Below, piece after piece: positions 38,893 to 48,941 of a DNA stretch of 64,000 nucleotides; position 1 is the stretch's first letter; each line of letters starts with the position of its first letter. The translations under genes and the position numbers were made by a program. Below the pieces are notes generated by a model, which saw only the letters and a list, made by a program, of their open reading frames with translations, was not told the origin of the DNA and did no database searches. Origin of the DNA: a virus (Duplodnaviria > Caudoviricetes); IMG/VR virus record IMGVR_UViG_3300032225_002102, positions 32,001 to 96,000 of that record; one strand, given 5' to 3'.

Positions 38893-40005
38893 ATGAGTTA
38901 CATAAAAGCATTAGAATATATTAAGAGTAGATTAGATAATAATATTACTTCTTATCCTATATCATTAGAAAAACTAAATGGGTTTCTTGGTGGTATAAGT
39001 GAAGAAGAAATGTATTTATTATTTGGTACAACAGGTTCTTCTAAAACTAAATTAGCAATTAAATTATTTGTTATTGATTTAGTTGAGTATTGTTTTCAAA
39101 ATAAAGATAAAGATATTTTTATTTACTACATTACTTTGGAACTTTCAGCAGTAGAAATTTATCTAAACATATTTTGTCATTTATTACATAAAAAAACTGG
39201 AAAGTATTATTCCATAGGTTATTTTAAAAATAAAATGACAAAACGTAAGTTAGATTTAAGTGTATTTGAAGAGTTTAAACTTGTAGAAGATTGGTTAAAA
39301 ATATTAGATGATAAAGTAATGATACTTGATCATTTAAGAACACCAACTCAAATTTATGAAGGATTGAAAAAACAACTTGATACTGTTCATGGTAAATTAG
39401 AGAAAGACGGTTTAAGAGTAGTTTATAAGAAAAATAATCCTAAAAAGTTAATTGGTGTTATTATAGATACTATAAATGCTTTTAAAAATGAACAAAAAAT
39501 GAGTAAGTATGAAACTCTTGAATTATGGTGTTCTAACTACTGTAAACAAGAATTAAAGATGCTTTATAAGTGCTTTATTCTTAATTTGCAGCAAGCTGAT
39601 AAAGCTTCCACGAGCACTATGTTTTCTTATAAAGGTGAAAGAGTAGAAGAAAAGTTTATACCTACTGTTGAGAATCTTCAACATAATAAATCAACTTCAG
39701 ATTCTCATACTTGTGTAATTAGTATATTTAATCCTTCAAGACATAAAATTGGTAGTTTTGAGAATTACGATATAAATACTATTGGAAATAACTTCAGATG
39801 GTTAACTATTCTTAAAAGTTCTCATAGTGAAGAAAATGTTTCTACCGCTATTTATATTGATAATGCTCATTTAATTACAGAAGAATTAGAATCTGCTGAT
39901 AAAAATCCAACAGGATTATATAAACAGTTAAAGAATTATGGAATTGAAGATGAAAGACTAAAAGCACAAAACAAATTATTTGGAACTCAACAAAAATTAT
40001 TATGA
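38893..40005 (+). CDS. dnaB: DnaB-like replicative helicase
   Basis: GTTGSSKT, ITLE, IIDT, LQQ motifs. Confidence 0.75.
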   Translation: MSYIKALEYIKSRLDNNITSYPISLEKLNGFLGGISEEEMYLLFGTTGSSKTKLAIKLFVIDLVEYCFQNKDKDIFIYYITLELSAVEIYLNIFCHLLHKKTGKYYSIGYFKNKMTKRKLDLSVFEEFKLVEDWLKILDDKVMILDHLRTPTQIYEGLKKQLDTVHGKLEKDGLRVVYKKNNPKKLIGVIIDTINAFKNEQKMSKYETLELWCSNYCKQELKMLYKCFILNLQQADKASTSTMFSYKGERVEEKFIPTVENLQHNKSTSDSHTCVISIFNPSRHKIGSFENYDINTIGNNFRWLTILKSSHSEENVSTAIYIDNAHLITEELESADKNPTGLYKQLKNYGIEDERLKAQNKLFGTQQKLL

Positions 40006-40459
40006 AATATTTCAAATTAAATCAAACAGTATATCATTATAATCATGGTAAGGGAGTAGTAATTAGTGTAGAAAATACTTCTCCTTATTCTATTGTAGTA
40101 AAATTTAAATTCAATACTATATCTTTTACTAAAGATGGAAAACAATTTGAAACATCTCTCATAACTCTATCTCAAAATCCAATACCCAAAATAGTAAATG
40201 TACCTTTAGAAGAAGAATATGTACCTTTTACTTTTGAAGATAATTTATTACGTAAACAAGTAATTAGTAAGGATAAATCTATTAAAGGTGTAATTACTTA
40301 TCAAGATATAAAGAAAGTTCTAATAGGTGATTACACAGAATCGTATAGAGTTTTGTTTCAAGATTATACATTTGTAGATGGAAAACCTTGTGGAAAATTA
40401 GGTTAAATGGTTAATTATTAGTAATTTAGTATATTATAAAACAAAAAACAAACAAAAAA

Positions 40460-42334
40460 ATGCAGTTAAGAAAAGCAACAAGACAAGCAGCAAAATTAAA
40501 AATTGGTTTTAGTGCAGTATCGGGTGCAGGTAAAGCACAACCACTTTATTCTAAAGTTTTAACAGATTTAGGGTTTGTTGAAATGAAAGATATAGTTGTT
40601 GGAACAAATGTTTTTACAGCTAATGGTACTTTAACAAAAATAGTAAATGTTTTTCCACAAGGAAAGAAAAAGATTTGGGAATTTACTTTAAGTGATAATA
40701 CTAAAGTTCAATCTTGTGAAGAACATTTATGGAAAACAAGTACTATTTCAGAAAGAGTTAATAATTTAAATAAAGAAGGTAGTATTAAAACTACTTTAGA
40801 AATAGTTAATTCTTTAAAAAAAGGAAAAAAAGCAAATCATTTTATAGAATTATGTAATCCAATCCAATTTAATAAAAAAGAGTTTATTATTTCTCCTTAT
40901 ATAATGGGAGTGCTTTTAGGAGATGGTTGTTTTAGATCAGAAAGTCTTTTTTTCACTTCAATAGATACTGAAATAGCTACTAATGTTAGTAGTTTATTAC
41001 CTACAGGATTACAATTAAAAAAAAGAGGGATTAATTATGTAATTTCAAGAGAATTATTGAATGAATCTAATAATAGAAATCCTTTTATTGAAGAACTAAG
41101 ATTTTTAAATTTAATGAGCAAGAGTTCATTTGATAAATTCATTCCTTCTGATTATCTTCATAGTTCTATAGAAGATAGAATTGAGCTTTTACAAGGTTTA
41201 ATTGATACAGATGGTTCAGTTTCTAATGATGGAGAAGTAGAATATACAACTACTTCTTATCAATTAAAAGAAGATATTAAATTTTTAGTTGAATCATTAG
41301 GTGGATATTGTTCAAGTATAAAAGAAAGAAAAACTAAGTATATCTACAAAGAAGAGGTTAAAGAAGGAAAATTATCTTACAGATTAAAAATTATTCTTCC
41401 AAATACAATAACTCCTTGTAAATTAAAAAGAAAATTAAATAAAGTTTCTTCCTATACTAAATATTTTCCAATTAGAAATATAGTTGAAGCTGTTTATATT
41501 GGAGAAATAGAAGCTCAATGTATAGAAGTAGAAGATAATTCTCATTTGTATATTACAGATAATTTTATTGTTACTCATAATACTTATGGAGCTTTATTAG
41601 TAGCTCATGGATTAGTAGGAGATTGGAGTAAAATTGCAGTAATTGATACAGAAAATGGTTCTGCTGATTTATATTCTCATTTAGGAGATTATAATGTACT
41701 TACTTTAAATTCATTTGCTCCAGAAAAATACATTGAAGCTATTACTGCTTGTGAAAAAGCAGGAATGGAATTAGTTATTATTGATTCTATTACACACGAA
41801 TGGGATTTCTTATTACAAGTTCATTCTAAAATGGAAGGTAATTCTTATACAAATTGGAATAAAATTACTCCAAGACATGATGCATTTAAAAATAAAATTC
41901 TACAATCTCCATGTCATATATTTACTACAGTTAGGAGAAAAACAGAATATGAAATGCAAAATGTAGCAGGACGTACTTCTATTGTTAAACTTGGTACTAA
42001 AGAAGAAACTCGTTCTGGTTTTGAGTATGAATTAACAATTAATTTTGAAATTAACGAATCTCATTTAGCAAAAGCAGGAAAAGATAGAACAGGATTATTT
42101 GTTAACAGAGATGAATTTCAATTAAATGAAGAAGTAGGAGAAGAATTAAAAGATTGGTGTAATTCAGGAAATTCTGATTCAGAAACTTCACTTCAAATTG
42201 GATTAGTTGATATTAATAATTCATCTTCTCTTGCAGAATTAAGTAATGTATTTAGTAAACATACTTCTTTACAATTGAATCCTGTATTTAAAGAAGCTGC
42301 CTCAGCTAAAAAGAAAGAATTTATTAAAGAATAA
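40460..42334 (+). CDS. AAA ATPase (AAA_24/Sak4-like) with intein
   Basis: SGAGK|T Walker A, VIDTE, IIDSITHEW, KDRT. Confidence 0.85.
   Translation: MQLRKATRQAAKLKIGFSAVSGAGKAQPLYSKVLTDLGFVEMKDIVVGTNVFTANGTLTKIVNVFPQGKKKIWEFTLSDNTKVQSCEEHLWKTSTISERVNNLNKEGSIKTTLEIVNSLKKGKKANHFIELCNPIQFNKKEFIISPYIMGVLLGDGCFRSESLFFTSIDTEIATNVSSLLPTGLQLKKRGINYVISRELLNESNNRNPFIEELRFLNLMSKSSFDKFIPSDYLHSSIEDRIELLQGLIDTDGSVSNDGEVEYTTTSYQLKEDIKFLVESLGGYCSSIKERKTKYIYKEEVKEGKLSYRLKIILPNTITPCKLKRKLNKVSSYTKYFPIRNIVEAVYIGEIEAQCIEVEDNSHLYITDNFIVTHNTYGALLVAHGLVGDWSKIAVIDTENGSADLYSHLGDYNVLTLNSFAPEKYIEAITACEKAGMELVIIDSITHEWDFLLQVHSKMEGNSYTNWNKITPRHDAFKNKILQSPCHIFTTVRRKTEYEMQNVAGRTSIVKLGTKEETRSGFEYELTINFEINESHLAKAGKDRTGLFVNRDEFQLNEEVGEELKDWCNSGNSDSETSLQIGLVDINNSSSLAELSNVFSKHTSLQLNPVFKEAASAKKKEFIKE
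40535..41581 (+). mobile_element. Class 3-type intein (349 aa) with LAGLIDADG endonuclease
   Basis: AQPLYSKV start, HLW, QCIEV, VTHN|T; GVLLGDG and LQGLIDTDG. Confidence 0.92.
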
Positions 42335-42734
42335 AACTCCAAAAAATAAACAAATACAGCTTCCTTTGAAAAGAGGAAGCTGTAACATTTTAAATCAAAC
42401 AGAAAATGAAAACAACAATTAAAAACAACTTTGGTACATTAAATCATGTAACAGAATTAATTCTTAATGCTGAAATTAAATTTGGTTCAAATTACGAAGG
42501 AAAAATATGTGCTTTCTTTGAAACAGAATTAAGACCTGCTTCTTCTGAAAGAAAAATACTTTCTATTGTATATAGTGGACATTTAAACTCCAACAGTGGA
42601 ATTTCTAAAACATTTGAACAACCATTTCAAATGACAAATAAAGCATTAGAAGTTTGGAAAATATTTGTTAAAGAAGTAGAAAAAGAATTATTAGAATATA
42701 TTAAAAATAATTAATCAACAAAAACAAAAACAAT

Positions 42735-43253
42735 ATGAAATTATCACAATTCAAAGTAATTCCTCAATCAAATGTACGTAAAGGTGAAGCATCTTTAGAA
42801 AATCTTAAACCTTTATTTGTACCAGAAATAGTTAAACCAGATTTAACATTTAATACTGAAACTGAAAAGTTTACTATTGTATTAAAACTTATTAAAGAAC
42901 AATCAGAAAATGAAGGATTTACAGCTATTACAGATGGACTTAATACATACTTAATTCGTACTTCTGATACTGATGTAAATACTGAATTACATCCTAAATT
43001 CTTTAGAGGTAATAAAACTCAATATGCTACTTCTGATTATCTTAGATTACTTACTAAAGATTTAGGAGATAGTTTATTTTTACACGAAACTAAGATTGAA
43101 CATTATCAAGCATTTTTAGTTAGTTCTTCACAAGAAGCACCTTTTGGTAAAATAGAAGAAGTTATTCAAAATGAAATTTCATACAATGAGGATGATTTAA
43201 TTTCTATTGATGATTTATTTGATGAAAAAGTTGAAGAACCTTCATTATTTTAA
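42735..43253 (+). CDS. Hypothetical protein with acidic tail
   Basis: ORF track; ends DEKVEEPSLF. Confidence 0.6.
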   Translation: MKLSQFKVIPQSNVRKGEASLENLKPLFVPEIVKPDLTFNTETEKFTIVLKLIKEQSENEGFTAITDGLNTYLIRTSDTDVNTELHPKFFRGNKTQYATSDYLRLLTKDLGDSLFLHETKIEHYQAFLVSSSQEAPFGKIEEVIQNEISYNEDDLISIDDLFDEKVEEPSLF

Positions 43254-43263
43254 TATTTTTTAT

Positions 43264-43358
43264 TATCTTTGTTAATGTTCTCATCTCACAAAATAGAACA
43301 AAATTATTTTAAGCTACTTAGAAAAGTTGAGGTGAGATGCAACTTATTTTAGGTAGCT
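43264..43358 (+). promoter_or_regulatory. Promoter plus kissing-loop 5' UTR
   Basis: TATCTTTG at 43264-43271; loops catctcac (43282-43289) and gtgagatg (43332-43339) are complementary. Confidence 0.65.
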
Positions 43359-43387
43359 ATTTTTATCATTTATAAATACAATATAAT

Positions 43388-43996
43388 ATGTTTATCGTTC
43401 CAGAACAAACTCAAAGTAAAGCAAAACGTTTAGGTGTTCCATCTATTCCAGAATTAGGTGTGGAAGTTACAATTACAAAATATGAATATTTTCCAGCAAC
43501 AGGAAATCAATTAGAGAAAGCAGTACTTACATTTGAAAATGATGAAATACCTCATTACCACGATTTTATTGCTCCAAAAGAAACTCAAATTGGAATTCGT
43601 ACTTCTGAAATTAAGAACTTTTCAAAAGAATGTGGAGTTTTATTACCAGAAAAGAAAGAATTTAATTCTTACAAAGAGTTTTGTGATTATTATTTAGCTC
43701 CAACAGTTAGTACTGAAGGTAGAGTGAAGATTGTTTATTCTAAAAATGAAGTAGTATATAATCCACAAGATGAAGCTCTTATAGGTAAATCAGAGGAAGA
43801 AATTAAAAGATTACGTAAACCTTATACTAAAACAGGTAAAATGCCTTATTTCTTCCGTAAAGGAAATGATAAGAAATTTACTATTGTAAGTAAAGGTGAT
43901 CAATGGGATGATTTTGTAGATTATACAACTATTGCTAAAACTCCAGATACAGACTTTGGAGTACCAGCAATCAATGTTGATGATTTAGCATTTTAA
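43388..43996 (+). CDS. Probable single-stranded DNA-binding protein
   Basis: Between recombination ATPase and primase; acidic-aromatic end VDDLAF; terminator 44019-44050. Confidence 0.55.
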   Translation: MFIVPEQTQSKAKRLGVPSIPELGVEVTITKYEYFPATGNQLEKAVLTFENDEIPHYHDFIAPKETQIGIRTSEIKNFSKECGVLLPEKKEFNSYKEFCDYYLAPTVSTEGRVKIVYSKNEVVYNPQDEALIGKSEEEIKRLRKPYTKTGKMPYFFRKGNDKKFTIVSKGDQWDDFVDYTTIAKTPDTDFGVPAINVDDLAF

Positions 43997-44519
43997 TTGT
44001 TGTTTTTTGTTTGATTAGAAGGAAGTATTAGAAATAGTACTTCCTTTTTTAATGTTTTAAAAATGAAAAAGTTTGAGTATTTAAAAACAACTAATTCAAC
44101 AGAAGAAGAATTAAATAAATTAGGTAGTATTGGTTGGGAATTAATCAGTTGTAATTTAAAATATTTAAGATTTGATGATACAAGATATAGTAAATTAGAA
44201 CTAATAGAATTAGATATTATATATACTTTTAAAAGAGAGATAAATTGAAAACAGTACTTGATTATTATTCTGTAGTAGATAGATATAGATTTATATCTGA
44301 TATTATAAGTACAAAAGAAATAGAGTTTGAAAATAATATTGATTGTTTTGAACAATTTTATAGATTAAATAATAGTTTAAGGTATTGTAACGGTAGTTAT
44401 TATAAATTTCAAGATAACACAATAGAAAAAGATTATAAAGATTGGTTGAAATCAGATGATTATAAAAAGAAATCTTTTAATTTGTATTATGGAAATGGTA
44501 CTGTAGATTAATTTTAATT

Positions 44520-45452
44520 ATGTTTATTATTCCTGAAAAGATTACAACAGAATATATATTAAGCAAGGTTTCACAAGAAGAAATATTTGAAAGATATGGT
44601 GTACCAGTTGTATCTCATAAGTTTATTTCACCTTTGAGAGAATCTAAATCAGAAACTTGCAGTTTTTTCTATAAAAATGGAGTTTTATATATACACGATT
44701 TTGCTCGTGAAACTATAAATTGTTTTCATTTAGTAAAAGAAAAATTTCAATGTTCTTTCTTTGAAGCATTACTTATTATTGCAAATGATTTCGGTTTGCG
44801 AACAGCGAACATAGAAAGAAAACCTTTAATTAAAGAATATTCAATTGAAACTAAAGAGAAAGTAACTTATCAAATTTGTAAAAAAGATTTTACTGAATCT
44901 GAATTAGAATTTTGGAATTTATTAGATTGGAAAGCAACTCAAGAACAACTTAATTTTTACGAAATATATTCTATTTCTGATTTATTTATAAATAATAATC
45001 ATTATAAAGGAAATTTAAAAAATGTATTTGCTTATAGATTAGATAAAAAAGATTTTCAAATATATTTTCCTGAATCAAAAGATAGAACTAAAAGATTTAG
45101 AACTTCTTGCTCTATTGGAATGTTTGGAAAACAATATTTAAGAAAAGAACCTGTTGTTATTTGTAAATCTTATAAAGATTTCTTCTATACTCGAATAAGT
45201 GGATTTAACTCTGTATGTGTTATTAGAGAAAACTATAAGTTTACGCAAGAAGAAATTACTTATTTAAAACGGTTTTCAGAAAAAATATATATTTACTTTG
45301 ATAATGATTCAACTGGATTAGAAAATGCTCTTAGAGAAGCTGAAAAGTGGAATTTAAAAGCAATATTTAATATAGAAGAAAAAGATTATTCGGATTACTG
45401 TAAAAAGTATGGTATTGTTAAAGCAAAAGAAATGTTAACTCAACTATTATGA
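44520..45452 (+). CDS. dnaG: DNA primase (DnaG-type, crAss-like)
   Basis: SPLR...S.F...HDF N-terminal domain; Toprim KSYKD, FDND..G, KD.SD. Confidence 0.8.
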   Translation: MFIIPEKITTEYILSKVSQEEIFERYGVPVVSHKFISPLRESKSETCSFFYKNGVLYIHDFARETINCFHLVKEKFQCSFFEALLIIANDFGLRTANIERKPLIKEYSIETKEKVTYQICKKDFTESELEFWNLLDWKATQEQLNFYEIYSISDLFINNNHYKGNLKNVFAYRLDKKDFQIYFPESKDRTKRFRTSCSIGMFGKQYLRKEPVVICKSYKDFFYTRISGFNSVCVIRENYKFTQEEITYLKRFSEKIYIYFDNDSTGLENALREAEKWNLKAIFNIEEKDYSDYCKKYGIVKAKEMLTQLL

Positions 45453-46495
45453 AACATATAAAACATTGGTATTTAGAATTATTACCTAACAAAACAGTTG
45501 TAATGGTAATTAAAACTTTTGAAGAAGGAGTAAAATATAAAATTGATCATCCTGGTATGATTGAAGTAGGAGAATCTAATAATATAGATGAATGGAGAGA
45601 GTGTATAGTACAAGTACCTACTTGTAATGCTTTTTGGAAAGAAGAATTAACTTTTATGCAATATAGTAGTGTACAAAATAAAGATGAAATAAGAATTTAT
45701 TATACTCCAGTTCCAGCTTCTTATTTATCTAAAGAACCAAATATTATTTATGATAAAGTTAATAAAATAGATAAAATTTTCACTCAGAAAATTAAAAATG
45801 AGAATGATGAAAAAATAAAAAAAAGTTAAGAAAATATTAGATACTCTAAAATGAAATTAAAACTAACATCTAAAGTAAAAGAAGAAAAAACATTTAATTA
45901 TGTTTTGCATACATTACATTTTACAGAAGTAAATATTTTAGATTATTTATTGATAAAAGATTTGTTTATTAACACAGATTGGGATACTTCTCCTTGGGAT
46001 GAGTTAATGCAAAATGTAGAATCAGCAAGCATACCTCATATTAAGAATATTAAAAAAGATTCTTTTAATATTGAAATTGATGATTATTATGATATTTTAG
46101 ATTTATTACAACAATTTTTAACTGATAACGATTTACAATATGAAATTTAACGCAGAACAATTAGCAAAATTTGAATTAGAGTTAGTAGAAAAAGGTTATA
46201 AAAGATATAATCCTAAATACAGAAATGAAGATTATTCTTATTGGAAATCTTTTGGAATAACCTATGATGAAGATAATGATGAAATTATTCAATATCAAAT
46301 AGGTTTGTTAGTTTATGATTTTAGTAAGTATAATAATTTACCAGAATTTCAACAACCTTTTTCTATTAGTTATGAATTTATTTTAGGTAGAAATGATAAA
46401 ATAGATAGAGTTGATTTATCTATATCTGATACTAAATTAACAGTTGAAGAATTTGAACAAGTATCATTAAACTTTTATAATAGTGTATGTAATCA

Positions 46496-46942
46496 ATGGA
46501 TATGAGTTGGATATATCAAAATAAACCATTTACAGAAGTACCAGAAGGTTACATTGGATTCGTTTATAAAATCTCTTGTATTTCTCAATCTAATCAATAT
46601 TATGGTTGGACATACTGGGGAATGAAGCAATTCTTTAGTACTACTACTAAAAGATTAGGAAAACGTGCTGTAGCTGCTTTACCTGATAAAAGAATGAGTA
46701 AGAAGGTAAAAACAACTAATGAGAGTAATTGGTTAAGTTATAATTCAAGTTCTAAAGAATTACAATCTTTAATTAAAAAGAATCCTACTCATTTTAAAAA
46801 AGAAATAGTTGGATTATGTAAAACTAAGAAAATGATGAGTTACATGGAACTCGAATTATTAATTAAAAATGATGTTTTAAGAGATAATAAAAACTGGAAT
46901 CAGAATGTGTTAAGTAAATTTTTCCGTAAAGATTTATTATAA
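46496..46942 (+). CDS. GIY-YIG family endonuclease (short, T4-like-phage type)
   Basis: GFVYKI...YWGMKQF...ESNW..Y.SSS. Confidence 0.65.
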   Translation: MDMSWIYQNKPFTEVPEGYIGFVYKISCISQSNQYYGWTYWGMKQFFSTTTKRLGKRAVAALPDKRMSKKVKTTNESNWLSYNSSSKELQSLIKKNPTHFKKEIVGLCKTKKMMSYMELELLIKNDVLRDNKNWNQNVLSKFFRKDLL

Positions 46943-46981
46943 ATAATTTGTTTTTAAATTTAATTGTGGTATATTTGTGGT

Positions 46982-47110
46982 ATGAAAGATTATATAAAAG
47001 TACGAATTAATGAAGAACTTCATTTAAAATTAAAAGAAGAATCTTCGAAACTTGGATTGACTGTATCTTCTTACGTAAGATTAATTTTAACTAAAACTAC
47101 AAATATTTAA
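46982..47110 (+). CDS. Ribbon-helix-helix repressor-like protein (42 aa, not in track)
   Basis: MKDYIKVRINEELHLKLKEESSKLGLTVSSYVRLIL; promoter TTTG 46947 and TATATTTG 46970-46977. Confidence 0.7.
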   Translation: MKDYIKVRINEELHLKLKEESSKLGLTVSSYVRLILTKTTNI

Positions 47111-47114
47111 AATC

Positions 47115-47873
47115 ATGTTACTTAACAATAATTATTATGTCTATTTTCATTATAAATTAGATACTAATGAAATTTTTTACATTGGTAAAGGTTTAAATAA
47201 AAGAGCTTTTTCTAAAAAAAGTAGAAATAAATATTGGAATAATGTAATAAATAAACATGGTTATAAAGTAGAAATTGTTGAACAAAATCTCACAGAAGAT
47301 GAAGCTTATGAAAAAGAGATTTTTTATATTGAAAAGTATAAAAAAGAAGGATTAAAATTAGTAAATTTAACAAACGGGGGTAAAGGTTGTTTAGGATTAA
47401 AAAATTCAAAAATAGGAGAATTTTCGAAATCAAAAAAAGGTATAAATCATTATAATTGTGGTAAGAAAAGATCAGACGTTTCTGATAGAATAAAAGGTAA
47501 AAATCATCATAATTATGGTAAAATAGGAGAATTAAATTCTTGGTATGGTAGAAAACATAATGAAGAAACTAAATTGAAAATGAGTAAAAGTAAAAATGAT
47601 CCTTTAAAAAAAGCTATTTATAGTGAAAACATGAAAAAATGTTGGACACAGGAAAGAAGAAAAAAAATTAGTTTAATTCATAAAGGTAAAAAAGGAATGG
47701 TGTTGGGAAAACACCCAGCAGCTAAAAAAATAATTAATAATGTTACTGGTATTATATATAATACAATAAAAGAAGCAGCTTTAGATTTAAATTTAAATTA
47801 TGGTACATTAAAAAATAGATTAAATCCTAATAATACTTTAAAAAATAATACAAATTTAGAATTTTATCTGTGA
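47115..47873 (+). CDS. GIY-YIG/NUMOD3 homing endonuclease
   Basis: YYVYFH...FYIGKG...R, LVNLT.GG.G, repeated NH.YGK / GRKH.EETK.KMS. Confidence 0.85.
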   Translation: MLLNNNYYVYFHYKLDTNEIFYIGKGLNKRAFSKKSRNKYWNNVINKHGYKVEIVEQNLTEDEAYEKEIFYIEKYKKEGLKLVNLTNGGKGCLGLKNSKIGEFSKSKKGINHYNCGKKRSDVSDRIKGKNHHNYGKIGELNSWYGRKHNEETKLKMSKSKNDPLKKAIYSENMKKCWTQERRKKISLIHKGKKGMVLGKHPAAKKIINNVTGIIYNTIKEAALDLNLNYGTLKNRLNPNNTLKNNTNLEFYL

Positions 47874-48941
47874 ATGTTTAAACTTACCATATTAATGAAA
47901 GTAATAGAAACAAGAGAATTTTTATGTGATGTGCTAAATTTAAACTATCAAATCAGTTGAACAAAATTACAGCTCATATAGAACAAACAATTCATTCTTA
48001 TAATAATTCATGGAATAGTGTATGGGATAAAAGACAACATTTAGAAGATTTAACTTCTGTTATATTTAAAGAAGTATTTGATATTTGTTGGAAACATTGT
48101 GATACCGATACCTTATATTTAATAATGGAAGATATTGATAAAATTAAAAAAGAAAATGATTTACCAATTTAAACAACTAAAGCAGTGTTATATACAGTAG
48201 AAGTACTAGAAAAAAAATTAAATGAGTTAGAACTTTTACTTTCTAACATTACACAGAATACAAATAAAGATCCTTATACTTTATCAAATGATATTGGAGA
48301 ATTAACTAATCTCCATTCTTCTTCAGTTAATCTTATGACTGCTGCTGAATATCATTATCATTTAAATATTAAAGATAAAGGAGAACGAGGTGCTTTATGT
48401 AGAGCTTTAAAAATGATGAGTGAAAGATTAAATAATAGTATAGGTAAAGCAATAGAATCTTATAGAAGTATGTTAAGTTTTGAAAAATTAGATTATCAAC
48501 ATCAAACAAAAAATGGATAAAATATTTTTAGATTATAATACTTGCAAAAGATTAAAGAGTTTAGGTTTTAATGAAAGTTGTTTAGGTTATTATCATAATA
48601 ATAGTATAAATCCAGAAGTAGATTTATTTGTTACTGGTTTACTTAAACTTTATTCCGAAAATCAAAATATAACTTTAGCTTGTACTTATGAACAATGCTT
48701 AAATTGGTTACGTGAAGAACATAATATCTTTGTAATATGTACTCAAGAATTTTATTCAGATGGTATTAACTATTTAGTACAAGTATTCAAATATACACCA
48801 GAAAAAGAAAGATGTTATGAAGGTACAATGCTTTATGGAGATAATGGAGAATTTAAAAGTTATGAAGTTTCTCTTGAATTCGGATTGAATTTAGCAATAA
48901 AAATGATTTAGATTTATCATAAAAAAATTAAAAAACAAACA

